Both the position numbers and the translations under genes were made by a program. Positions 32,454 through 40,964 of a stretch of 40,964 nt of DNA are shown piece by piece. The stretch's first letter is position 1. Every line of letters begins with the position of its first letter. The notes under the pieces are model-generated. The model was not told the DNA's origin. It did no database searches and was given only the letters and a program-made list of their open reading frames with translations. This stretch comes from a virus (Duplodnaviria; Caudoviricetes), in the IMG/VR virus record IMGVR_UViG_3300014208_000015, positions 1 to 40,964 of that record; one strand, 5' to 3'.

Positions 32454-33578
32454 TTATATTTTTGCGTTGGCGAGCGCCTCCAGTACCCGGGTCATGTTCA
32501 GTGGCTGATCTAGATGCTGTAGCACCGGCCAGGCGTCCGATTTCGTGATGTCCATATTGTCGCCTTGAGGCACCTTGGCCAGCATCGCGTCATCAACTAC
32601 CGAGAAGTTCAACATCTTAGGATCATTGACGTTCCAGACGAAATAATCCATTTCATGGAGGTACGGCTTCTTCACCCCTTTTTGCAGGAAGTAAATGGTC
32701 GATCCGGTCTTGCCTTTGATATTCTTGCCGTCGTAATCAGTATAGAATTTTGCCATATCGAGTGGCACGTCCAAGATGGCATAAATGCCGTAATCATTCT
32801 TTTCTAAAAATGCCATATCGATATAATAGTCGCCGTTGGCGCCCCAGCCAGCGCCATAGGTATTCTGGATCACATAAGTCTGCCGGTTCTGATATTCAAG
32901 ATCGTAACCCTTGATCGTGGCGAAGTGACCGCCGATCAGCCAGCCGATAAATTTTGTTATCAGCCAGGGGTAGGAAAATCCGCCGCCCATATTGAACGCG
33001 GTATACCATGGTATACCAGTGCCTAGGATTTTACCTTCGTCCAATAATTTTATGATATCGTCATGCGAGGTCACGAGCCAATATGTCTGTATCTTACGCG
33101 TCGCGGCATCAGCCACTATTTCCGGGGTCAATTTCGCGCCGGAATATCGTGTCCAATCCTTTTCCGCTTCGCCCGGCAGAATACCTTCCCGCGCGATGCC
33201 ATACTTCTGCATCATTTTGAAGCCGGTCCGAATGTCCGTCAGTCCAGTGCCAGTTATTAAGCCATCCTGTTTGGCATTGATCAATATCGATTCCGATTCC
33301 AGTTTGATTTGTTCGTTCGGCTCGTGCATCACCGCCGATCCATTGAATACGCAGGTGTTAAAGGTTCCCTGGTTTTTGACCGACAGGGTGGGATTGATGT
33401 GCCTGGTATGCTTGGGCGTGTATGCGCCAAACCAGCGCCAGCCTAGCTGCGCCGTATTCAGATCCCGGTCATCTTTTTTTGGCGGCTTTAAGCCGCTCGG
33501 CCGGCATACGATTAAATAGGCCAGATGGGTGAATCGGTTCGGATACTTTTTTGCAAAATAGAGTACGATGTTTTTCAT
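32454..33578 (-). CDS. Papain-like (C1) cysteine peptidase, candidate lysis enzyme
   Basis: KNQG..TC, GGHF...GY and QNTYG.GWG.NG catalytic motifs; C-terminal IKG...TIYF..G.K.PY domain. Confidence 0.8.
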   Translation of the reverse strand: MKNIVLYFAKKYPNRFTHLAYLIVCRPSGLKPPKKDDRDLNTAQLGWRWFGAYTPKHTRHINPTLSVKNQGTFNTCVFNGSAVMHEPNEQIKLESESILINAKQDGLITGTGLTDIRTGFKMMQKYGIAREGILPGEAEKDWTRYSGAKLTPEIVADAATRKIQTYWLVTSHDDIIKLLDEGKILGTGIPWYTAFNMGGGFSYPWLITKFIGWLIGGHFATIKGYDLEYQNRQTYVIQNTYGAGWGANGDYYIDMAFLEKNDYGIYAILDVPLDMAKFYTDYDGKNIKGKTGSTIYFLQKGVKKPYLHEMDYFVWNVNDPKMLNFSVVDDAMLAKVPQGDNMDITKSDAWPVLQHLDQPLNMTRVLEALANAKI

Positions 33579-33650
33579 AGTTTATAAATTATCATTGGTG
33601 GGAGGGGCGATGATTGGTCGCCCCTGAAGGAATAAGGCCGACTCGATGAG

Positions 33651-33878
33651 TCAGCGGCGGGGAAGCATCGCGCGACAGTCAGCGCAGAATATGGGAACCT
33701 TTTCCCATTCATCTTTGCAGCTGTCAAGGTAGATACACTGCTTCAGCGTGAGCAGTTTCCACTTGCCGTGGATCCGTACTCGACCGCACTTCGGACAGAC
33801 GATGATTTTCGCCTTAGTGGTAGATTTTGCGGTTTCCACAGACGCACCCCCCATCGCCGACGCATTCGCAGCCTTCAA
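33651..33878 (-). CDS. Small zinc-finger protein (start uncertain)
   Basis: CPKC...CADC motif. Confidence 0.5.
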   Translation of the reverse strand: MKAANASAMGGASVETAKSTTKAKIIVCPKCGRVRIHGKWKLLTLKQCIYLDSCKDEWEKVPIFCADCRAMLPRR

Positions 33879-34134
33879 ATTTTTCTACCGCTTCTTCCGC
33901 GGTAATTTCGCGGCGATTCATGAACTCCCGGTAGAGTTCAGCTTGCCGCGGATCGGTCGCGCCGACCTTGAAGGCATTGCCTATCGAGTCGTAATAGCCC
34001 CACGGCAACAGATATACTTCCTTCCTGTTGCCGGCAAAGATTGCGAAACCGTCGGCCTTGAACGTTCTTGTTTCCGTCGTGATGATCGCCTCGCCGGTGT
34101 CAGCGTCGTACTCGATCGTCAAACTTTTCTTCAT
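33814..34134 (-). CDS. Hypothetical protein
   Basis: Strong Shine-Dalgarno AAGGAGGTG upstream. Confidence 0.65.
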   Translation of the reverse strand: MKKSLTIEYDADTGEAIITTETRTFKADGFAIFAGNRKEVYLLPWGYYDSIGNAFKVGATDPRQAELYREFMNRREITAEEAVEKFEGCECVGDGGCVCGNRKIYH

Positions 34135-34255
34135 GGCACACCTCCTTGAGTTGCGGGCATATCCGCCCGCGCTTTTTCAGGTTTATGCCGATGCATTTTT
34201 TCCAAGCCCGTTTTATGCCGATAAACTTGTGCTTTTTACTGCACCAGTAGCGCAA
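34100..34255 (-). CDS. Small basic Cys-rich protein (51 aa, TTG start)
   Basis: GGAGGTG-4 nt-TTG; (M)RYWCSKKHKFIGIKRAWKKC...CPQL. Confidence 0.45.
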   Translation of the reverse strand: MRYWCSKKHKFIGIKRAWKKCIGINLKKRGRICPQLKEVCHEEKFDDRVRR

Positions 34256-34271
34256 TGTTCACCTCCGATAT

Positions 34272-34583
34272 TTAAAGAGCTTTGTCTTTTTCGTCTAGCC
34301 TGGTTTCGATCCTGATGATCGATCCTTTCATCTCGGTCATATCGCTGGAGAAGTCATGAAGATGATTGTTGAGGACTTTTTTTATTTCTGCGATATCGGT
34401 GTCCAGCGTTTTGTGCCGCAGCACGCAGGTCGTTTGTACCGCCAGCATCTCGTCTTTAAGTTTTTGCGTATTGGCCTCCAGTTTGACCTCCGGCTTGCGT
34501 ATCCGGTCATATAAAAATATGCCCAGCATCAATAAGGTCGGTCCGTATTGTAGAGAATCTTTTATAATTAAATTTTCAGTCAT
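34272..34583 (-). CDS. Transmembrane plus coiled-coil protein, holin-like
   Basis: One TM helix then a coiled coil ending RIETRLDEK; precedes the peptidase. Confidence 0.55.
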   Translation of the reverse strand: MTENLIIKDSLQYGPTLLMLGIFLYDRIRKPEVKLEANTQKLKDEMLAVQTTCVLRHKTLDTDIAEIKKVLNNHLHDFSSDMTEMKGSIIRIETRLDEKDKAL

Positions 34584-34644
34584 ACATATTTTTATTTTTA
34601 GTTATCCACTTGTGCCTACCGCTTGCTATTGATATAATTATACC

Positions 34645-34809
34645 ATGCATAACTTCTTTAAGAAAATTGATCATCCTTGGATCGCTCTCGGAGTAATTTT
34701 TCTGATCGGCGCTCTCTTGAGCCAGTACGGGATTACTGCCGGCTCGCTTCTTTTATTCGATCTCTTCGCCGGAATTGCTATTTACCGGATATTTTGCGAC
34801 CGAGATTAG
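34645..34809 (+). CDS. Small two-TM membrane protein on the opposite strand (54 aa)
   Basis: MHNFFKKIDHPWIALGVIFLIGALLSQYGITAGSLLLFDLFAGIAIYRIFCDRD; TGATATAAT lies 6 nt upstream. Confidence 0.55.
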   Translation: MHNFFKKIDHPWIALGVIFLIGALLSQYGITAGSLLLFDLFAGIAIYRIFCDRD

Positions 34810-37144
34810 AACGTTTTTCTTTCAACAAAAAATCACTAAACTTCTCTTGCTTAGGGAAGTTCTTTTTTTCTAAAAACTTTGAGAATGATACCGGCTTTTT
34901 GTTAGTCATATTTTTATTATTTATAATAACTTCTTCCTGTGGAAATCTCATGCTAAATGCACCCGACGTTGGCAATTCCGGTTGAGAGATTTTTTTATTT
35001 TCTGCGGCTAACTTCAATTCTTTTAAATCTTTTTGCAAAAGTTTGGCGCTAGATGCCGGCAGATTATTAATCCCGGCTCCACCAGTTTTTAGCGCATTCA
35101 GCACTGCCTGGATCGCCGCGGAATTCTTTAGCAGGCCGTATCTACGAAGTAGTGGCACCGCGATTTCAGGCGAGGTCAGTATAGCGGTAATAATTCCCGG
35201 TAACACACCAGACATGAATGCGCCGATCTGTAATCCGGTTCGAGTATAAACGCCCACCTTGACGCCTGACGCGTGTTGGATATCCTCAATCGCTTTTAAA
35301 TTCTTAATCTTGCTGGTTATGCCCGGCTTGATTTCTTCCAGGCGATTTAATAACTCGCCTTTGCGGAAGGTCTTGCCGGTGGCATTAGCGATTATATCAA
35401 AGGCGTTCGGTTTTAATTCACCGCGGCGGTCTACTAGATCTCGACTTAAACGCCGCAGTTCCGCCCTGCGCTCCGCGAATTCTGTATCCAATCCACGCTG
35501 GATCACCTCCCCGGTTTTAGACTTGACGTCACCCAGTCCCGGGATATCCCCGCGGTAGGTATCGTTGAGTTTGCGCCTAATCTGTTTGGCCACATTTTCT
35601 AGAGGTTCGCTCTTGCCGATCTGTCGCTCAAATTTTGACAGCCCGGACAGATCCTCGCGGAAGTTCAAAAACTTGTCAGCAGTCAGTTTGCCGTTTTTAA
35701 ATTCCGGCTTCCATAGGTCATATAGATGCTGCAGCGCCCGCACATCCGAGGCGTCGCGTAATTTCGCGGCACCGCTGGTTTCCAGCTTGCCTTTTTTGAT
35801 TATCATGCCGCTTAGTTCCTCAATTGATCTTTCGATGAAGTTCGGATCAACCTTAACCTCTACGCCGCTTTCCCTGATCGGTTTGTAGCCATAGCCGGAT
35901 TCGCGCATCGCTTTGGAACGCTCGGCCAACGCCGATTTGATTTCGGACCCGACCGCGCCCCGATCTATTACCGAGCGATTGACCTTACTAAATGCTTTCG
36001 GTTCTTCCAATATCTGACCGATAGTTTCCGGCTGCAAACCGGTGGCTTGGCCGGTAGCAAACTTGGCGGCATTGCCAGCCATTTCGCTTGCCCCGCCGAA
36101 TACGTATTTCACCGGTTGCGCCGTTTTTTCTATGCCTTTGTTTAATCCTTGGCTGTATGTGGCGGCAGGCTTGAAAGCGCTCGCTTCCCCGCCGGCCTCT
36201 ACGTATGCCTTGAGCGCCTTTTTATTAGCGACAGAATCGGCCAGTTTTGCCCCGCCCTCCGCTGCAAGCAGAAAAGGAGCTATAGAGCCCACCGGATCAT
36301 TTACCAGGCTTCTTTGGGCTGTTTTGAGCCCTATATCGATATTCGCCTGATTTCCGGTAAAAGCGCCCTTGCCGGCAGTGATCAGTCCCTTGCCGGCTTC
36401 CGGCACCAGTGTTTCATATGCCGCGCCCGGCAGTTCCTTGACTGCCTTGCCGAACGCGTTTAAATACCCGCCCGATTGGCCGGCCAGTTCTTTGAGTCCC
36501 GCGCCGGCCTCTTTCAGGTTATCGACGATGGTTTTTGGATTGATGAGATTGAGCGCTCCTTTGACAAAATTGAATGCTGATTTCGGCACGTTGCCGACTG
36601 ATTTTAATGCCTCGCCGATCGCGCTCGGGTTATCGGTATTGGCCGGAAATAGTGCACCGGTCTGCTCCGCGAATGCTAGATCAGCCTGATTGATTGGCGC
36701 TATGGGCGCTGGCGCCGGGGTCTTTGGTATAGCCGCAACTTTTTGCTTGTAGATCGCCGAGACGTCCGCTACGTATTTTGGCGTGTCGTAGGCGATGCCG
36801 AATTTATTCACCCCGCGATGGTTCTCTTTATAAGCGTTTGGTTTTCCGCTGTTCCATTGCGAGGCGATTTGGGCCGGATTGAGTCCCTTGTCTTTCAGCA
36901 TCTTGATCTGCGCGTAGGCCACCTTATTCTGATTCTCGACCGTCATCGGCGCGTTCGGATCGCTTAGGTGATTACCGGCCCAGGACTTCCAGGTCGCTGG
37001 CATAAACTGATAGGCGCCGTATTCGCCGCTACCGCCTTTGGCCTTGTAGTTGCCGCCCGATTCCTTTTGCAGTATAGCCGAAGCCAGCGCTTTGATCGTC
37101 GGATCAATCGCTGTCGTTGTCGGAGTTATTGCTGCGTTTGCCAT
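34778..37144 (-). CDS. Ejection/DNA-transfer protein with an N-terminal lytic transglycosylase
   Basis: KESGGNY..GAYQFMPATW..WNSG..YV SLT-like motifs; long Ala/Gly/Lys-rich helical body; probable start MANAAI. Confidence 0.8.
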   Translation of the reverse strand: MANAAITPTTTAIDPTIKALASAILQKESGGNYKAKGGSGEYGAYQFMPATWKSWAGNHLSDPNAPMTVENQNKVAYAQIKMLKDKGLNPAQIASQWNSGKPNAYKENHRGVNKFGIAYDTPKYVADVSAIYKQKVAAIPKTPAPAPIAPINQADLAFAEQTGALFPANTDNPSAIGEALKSVGNVPKSAFNFVKGALNLINPKTIVDNLKEAGAGLKELAGQSGGYLNAFGKAVKELPGAAYETLVPEAGKGLITAGKGAFTGNQANIDIGLKTAQRSLVNDPVGSIAPFLLAAEGGAKLADSVANKKALKAYVEAGGEASAFKPAATYSQGLNKGIEKTAQPVKYVFGGASEMAGNAAKFATGQATGLQPETIGQILEEPKAFSKVNRSVIDRGAVGSEIKSALAERSKAMRESGYGYKPIRESGVEVKVDPNFIERSIEELSGMIIKKGKLETSGAAKLRDASDVRALQHLYDLWKPEFKNGKLTADKFLNFREDLSGLSKFERQIGKSEPLENVAKQIRRKLNDTYRGDIPGLGDVKSKTGEVIQRGLDTEFAERRAELRRLSRDLVDRRGELKPNAFDIIANATGKTFRKGELLNRLEEIKPGITSKIKNLKAIEDIQHASGVKVGVYTRTGLQIGAFMSGVLPGIITAILTSPEIAVPLLRRYGLLKNSAAIQAVLNALKTGGAGINNLPASSAKLLQKDLKELKLAAENKKISQPELPTSGAFSMRFPQEEVIINNKNMTNKKPVSFSKFLEKKNFPKQEKFSDFLLKEKRSNLGRKISGK

Positions 37145-37145
37145 A

Positions 37146-38897
37146 CTACCATTCTTCGGCAAAGCCACCGCCGGAGCTGTTACCCCCGGACATGTCGGTC
37201 ACTCCGCCAATATATGTTTTAATCGAACCCTCTAGGGTTGCTCTAAATACGTCGTCTAATTGTTTTGCTTTCTGTAGCGCCAGTTCTTTGTTGTCGGTGA
37301 TGGAAGGCAGTGCGTTTTTAATCCGGCGTACATCCGTATCGGTCAATACGCCCTTTTCGCCGGCGGCACGTGTCAATAGCGAGGTGAACGCCTCCAGCGT
37401 CGCCAGCAATGCCTTAGCGTTGTTGTTGGTCGAAAATGTCGGCGCCGCCTTAATGGCCGAAAGATAGGCCGCCTGTTTGGTCATGCTGACCGGGTCATTG
37501 CCGGCGGTGATTACCTTTGGTGTGATGTCCAAAATGCTCGCCATCAGCGACTTGGCCGTGTTATATTTTTGCGCGTCGGCCTGGATCAGCGCGGCGTCGT
37601 CCTTGCCCATCAGCGGGATGCCTAGCTGTTCAGCCGCTCTTTGCAGGTACGGCAATTGCGCTGGGTTGATTTTTGACGAGTCGAAGAATTGCACGCCCGC
37701 CACGCTATTGAGCGAGGATTTCAGCTCGGGCGCCAGATTGTTGAATGTAGCCACCGGATCGCTGGCAGGCGCATTATTGCCGCCGAGCTTACTGATCAAT
37801 GTCGGTTCGCCGGTTAATGGATTAATGGCGTAGACCGTGTTTTTGGCGGCAAACGAGGAGGAGCCCTCGACTGCTTTTTGTGCGGCCGCTAGATTGGCTT
37901 GAGGCGACAGGGAATCATCCCAGCGCACGCCAGCGTCCGGATAAGTCTGGGCCAGGTTATAAAAAGTATCACGAGCTTGGATGTCATTGAGAGAGCCGCC
38001 GCTGGCTACTGTCTTGCCGGTCACTGGATTGATGAGTGAGGTACCTGGCGCGACCGCTACCGGCTTGTTGGCCTCACGTTTGGCCGCTAGCTTGTTTGCC
38101 TCGGTTTCCAGCGTAAATTTACTGGCATCGAGCGCCATGGTTCTTTTGGCCTGCAGTAGCGATGCCTGGCTTTCCAGGTTGGCCAGCTGATCAGTCTTTC
38201 TCGCTTCGATCGATTTCTGTCTGCCGGTTATGAATTCCATCGGAATCGGCCGATCGCCCTCACCAGTTATAGCTTGGCGGTATGAATCGTTCAATCTATT
38301 TATATCTTCGGCATTGGTTATTTCCTCTGGTGTTGCTTTCAGTTGGTTAGCATAGGCAGCGATTGCGCTTTCATACGCTGGACTGGTAAATGGGATGTCA
38401 GGCTCCGGCGCTGGTTCCGGTGCGGCTGGCGCGCCGGTCATCGGATTCTCCGGCGCTGCCGGTGCTGGCGCTTTGCCAAAGTCCGCCGGCGCCGCCACCT
38501 CGCCAAAATAGCCACCGGCCTTCAAGGCGGCGACATTCGGGATTGCTTGGCGGGTCGCGGCATCATACATCGTGGCGCCGACGCGGAAGATCGGCTTAGC
38601 CGGTTTGACCACGCCGCCGGTTGCTGCATTGGCGATTGAGCCTGATGGTGTCGTGACGATCTTCGCGCCCGATGGTTGCGGTACTGCCGGTTTGGCGGGA
38701 CTGGCTAGCGCTGGTGCGGGCCTTACGGCGTTCGTGCTTACCACCGGCGCAATTGGCCGGATTGAGGTGACCGTTCCGGTCGCCGAAGCGCTTGGCACGC
38801 CCGGTACGGCCGTTACTGCCCTTTTTACCGTGTTGCCAAGAAATCCGCCAATTTTATTCATGGTATTTTGCAATCCGGGAGAGATATATAGCGACAT
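37146..38897 (-). CDS. Putative ejection/internal virion protein
   Basis: Ala/Pro-rich; AAGEKGVLTDTDV motif; adjacent to the SLT protein. Confidence 0.65.
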   Translation of the reverse strand: MSLYISPGLQNTMNKIGGFLGNTVKRAVTAVPGVPSASATGTVTSIRPIAPVVSTNAVRPAPALASPAKPAVPQPSGAKIVTTPSGSIANAATGGVVKPAKPIFRVGATMYDAATRQAIPNVAALKAGGYFGEVAAPADFGKAPAPAAPENPMTGAPAAPEPAPEPDIPFTSPAYESAIAAYANQLKATPEEITNAEDINRLNDSYRQAITGEGDRPIPMEFITGRQKSIEARKTDQLANLESQASLLQAKRTMALDASKFTLETEANKLAAKREANKPVAVAPGTSLINPVTGKTVASGGSLNDIQARDTFYNLAQTYPDAGVRWDDSLSPQANLAAAQKAVEGSSSFAAKNTVYAINPLTGEPTLISKLGGNNAPASDPVATFNNLAPELKSSLNSVAGVQFFDSSKINPAQLPYLQRAAEQLGIPLMGKDDAALIQADAQKYNTAKSLMASILDITPKVITAGNDPVSMTKQAAYLSAIKAAPTFSTNNNAKALLATLEAFTSLLTRAAGEKGVLTDTDVRRIKNALPSITDNKELALQKAKQLDDVFRATLEGSIKTYIGGVTDMSGGNSSGGGFAEEW

Positions 38898-38901
38898 ATG
38901 T

Positions 38902-39798
38902 TTAAAGTGAGATTGTCAAATTTGGATTGATTATTTCGCTCCTGCCACCGTCGTTTATCACCAGGTCGGTCGTGTTGTTTATGCCACCGCCAAACAGATC
39001 CGCTAAATAATCGTCATACATCGTCTGCAGACCGGCAGCTCGGGTATCATCTTCTTTTGCCCAATAAATTGCGGCCGCGCGAATCCATGGCATTGGATGG
39101 AATGTTTCGGGCAACCATGGCATCTGACCGATAATATAGGTGGCGCTACCGGCAGCAATCGCAGTTCCGCCATAAGCTCGTGTCAAGGTGAGGTGCGTGG
39201 CGTCGGTCACGGCCGAAATTTCATACCATTCACCATCACCGGTCCCGGCCGTATCGATATGAGTTATTCTGATAAAACGCCCAACCATCTGCGCTGTCCA
39301 GCTAGTTCCGGAACCGACCACCGCCGTGCCGCCGTTGGCTACCGATACAATCGTGCCGGTGGTATAGTCAGCCGCCGACAAATCGATCACCCGGCATTTT
39401 TGATTCACATTGATCGTGTTGCTGGCGCTGGCCGGTTTTGGCCATAACCCTACTTGGCCGTTATAAACATAATACCATTCCGGTATATCTGACGTCTGAG
39501 TGGAATAATTAAGCCTATCCCACAATTGCCGGCTGGGGCAATGCCGCGGCACATAGGTCTTGCTCGAAACCACGACATTGATCGATCGTACCAAGTCGCA
39601 GTCATATGGCAGATTATAATTTTGCGTTGAGGCGATTGTCGTCAGCGTCCTCAATCTTTCCAACCACGGCCAATCACGCTTGGCGCAGATCTTCCGGTAA
39701 TCGTCATTAGCCATCTCATCGCCCAGCGTCAGATTGGCAGAGGAAGTGTCTTTTGTGAGTGAGCCGAAAAACGCACGGCCTGTAGTGTATGACTTCAT
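38902..39798 (-). CDS. Head-tail adaptor/tail tubular protein
   Basis: DWPWL..YNLP.D..P..Y..LWP.P adaptor motifs with an inserted V.GSGT.W beta domain. Confidence 0.65.
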   Translation of the reverse strand: MKSYTTGRAFFGSLTKDTSSANLTLGDEMANDDYRKICAKRDWPWLERLRTLTTIASTQNYNLPYDCDLVRSINVVVSSKTYVPRHCPSRQLWDRLNYSTQTSDIPEWYYVYNGQVGLWPKPASASNTINVNQKCRVIDLSAADYTTGTIVSVANGGTAVVGSGTSWTAQMVGRFIRITHIDTAGTGDGEWYEISAVTDATHLTLTRAYGGTAIAAGSATYIIGQMPWLPETFHPMPWIRAAAIYWAKEDDTRAAGLQTMYDDYLADLFGGGINNTTDLVINDGGRSEIINPNLTISL

Positions 39799-39805
39799 GT
39801 TGTTA

Positions 39806-40318
39806 TTATACCATAGTTAATTCTACCAAAATAGAGACGTTCGCCACATTTGTCAGCGTACCGGCGTCTTTCAGGCATAGACGGTCGCCTTTAGCCAATG
39901 ATCGGTCGTCCAGCGTCATGGTCATTGTGCCAGTCTGTACCGTGTTGGCCGTCGCTTTAAGCGATAACGTCGCACCTAATATCGAGGAACCGGCATCCGG
40001 CGCTTCCGTGCCGGATAATTTTTCCAGATCAAGCGTAACCGCTCCCGCATCATTCCCGGCAACCGCATGCACTTCTTTGAAATCTGTCACGACACAGGCC
40101 GCCGGAACGATATAAAAAATGCCGTAATTGGCCGCCGTTGCCGCAGCCGTCCCGGCAATAGTTTCGTGTATATATATTTTCTTTAAAGCAATATCGGAAA
40201 AATCGACCCTGGTCGTATCAAAGCCGGTATGCTGGTGATCGACCACCGTCTGGTCCTGCATAAAACCATTCAGCTTTTTTCTCAATTCATCGATCTGTTT
40301 TTGCAATTCTTCGTTCAT
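39806..40318 (-). CDS. Putative tail/structural protein
   Basis: N-terminal coil, HQHTGFD motif, C-terminal beta-sandwich. Confidence 0.55.
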   Translation of the reverse strand: MNEELQKQIDELRKKLNGFMQDQTVVDHQHTGFDTTRVDFSDIALKKIYIHETIAGTAAATAANYGIFYIVPAACVVTDFKEVHAVAGNDAGAVTLDLEKLSGTEAPDAGSSILGATLSLKATANTVQTGTMTMTLDDRSLAKGDRLCLKDAGTLTNVANVSILVELTMV

Positions 40319-40319
40319 A

Positions 40320-40841
40320 TCATGGAATTAGCCGCACCTCTTTTATTTCAGCATTGCCGTGTGCTTCAATCTGAAATTGAATGTTTTCTATATCAGTCAG
40401 GCCGCAATCTTTTTTAAATGACATTGCCGTCCCATCCATGGCAAATGTTTCGATGGTGGTAAAGCTGCTGATCTTGTCGCGCCGGTAGCTCACTCGGACA
40501 CCGCCGGTGCTGGCTGGGTTTGCCAGTTGCAATTCTATTTCGCTGTATTTTCCTTTTTTGGTCTTTGTGCCGATCGGATAAAGCTCGGAATGGGCAATCG
40601 CCAAGTAGCTCGCCGAGTACTGCGCCGCCAAGGCGGAAAAGTTGTCAGCCCCGCCGGCATAGCCCATCAGGTAAAATTCGTCCTTCGCCCAGATGGCGGT
40701 GACGTTTTTTGACCCGCTGGCCGGCGTGTTATCGTGAATAAGACGGCCGTCCAGGTATAATCTATAGACACCGCTTGAACCGCTGGTCGTACCCGCAAGT
40801 CCAAACAATAGCGCATTGCCCACGCTGGCAATGCCGCCCCA
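40320..40841 (-). CDS. 3' part of the tail/stabilisation protein spanning the junction
   Basis: Continuation of the 1221..1 frame; beta-rich sequence; lies upstream of the adaptor and ejection genes. Confidence 0.75.
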   Translation of the reverse strand, partial: WGGIASVGNALLFGLAGTTSGSSGVYRLYLDGRLIHDNTPASGSKNVTAIWAKDEFYLMGYAGGADNFSALAAQYSASYLAIAHSELYPIGTKTKKGKYSEIELQLANPASTGGVRVSYRRDKISSFTTIETFAMDGTAMSFKKDCGLTDIENIQFQIEAHGNAEIKEVRLIP

Positions 40842-40964
40842 GGTTATCGGTGAAGCAAGTACCGAATAGGCGTTGTTGGTAAGATATTTTGGTATGCTTT
40901 TGAAAAATTTGACATAGCTGCCTTGCGTTGTGTAAATATTACCCTGCGATCCGGCCAAGACGTA
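40842..40964. repeat. Direct terminal repeat, right copy
   Basis: Identical to bases 1-123. Confidence 0.97.

Larger units (their letters stand above)
1..40964 (-). mobile_element. Complete Caudoviricetes genome, podovirus-like, probable CPR host
   Basis: Terminase-portal-scaffold-capsid gene order, ejection proteins, no tape measure or sheath gene, circular topology. Confidence 0.9.

Noticed and set aside
33603-33625. Terminator hairpin AGGGGCGA...TCGCCCCT
   Set aside because: A good stem but no U-tract on the coding strand; function unsupported.
1-40964. Complete DGR, retron, integrase or alternative genetic code
   Set aside because: No ORF with RT (YxDD in context) or recombinase motifs was seen. 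Genes are intact and densely packed under code 11, with all three stop codons used.

Overview
The window is a complete, circularly permuted tailed-phage genome: bases 1-123 are repeated exactly at 40842-40964, so the unit length is about 40,841 bp, and one tail gene runs across the junction. Nearly all genes are on the - strand. The virion module looks like a P22-type podovirus: terminase, portal, scaffold, major capsid, adaptor, tail protein and two ejection proteins, one with a lytic transglycosylase domain. The genome also carries GroEL and GroES, three DNA methyltransferases, RecT, a PD-(D/E)XK nuclease-FtsK fusion, an endonuclease VII, a papain-like peptidase and two tRNA-like genes. I found no integrase, reverse transcriptase or DNA polymerase. 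Sigma70-type promoters, AT-rich leaders without Shine-Dalgarno sites and A-S/T-S/T-T-rich exported proteins suggest, by inference, a CPR (Patescibacteria) host. The most notable observations: (1) a DUF1566/Lcl-type gene whose 3' end has the signature of a DGR-mutagenised variable repeat, although the genome has no RT or template repeat; (2) a dual-frame C5 methyltransferase whose two overlapping frames are both switched by a single G8 tract, plus a G9 tract in a second methyltransferase; (3) several structured RNAs that exactly fill intergenic gaps (two aberrant tRNAs, one with a UAU anticodon, and unidentified elements of about 170 nt and 125 nt); (4) virion-module proteins with signal peptides; (5) a repeated operator-like palindrome over -35 boxes, leaderless starts and a DnaA-box cluster. 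All family assignments come from motifs read by eye; no database search was run.
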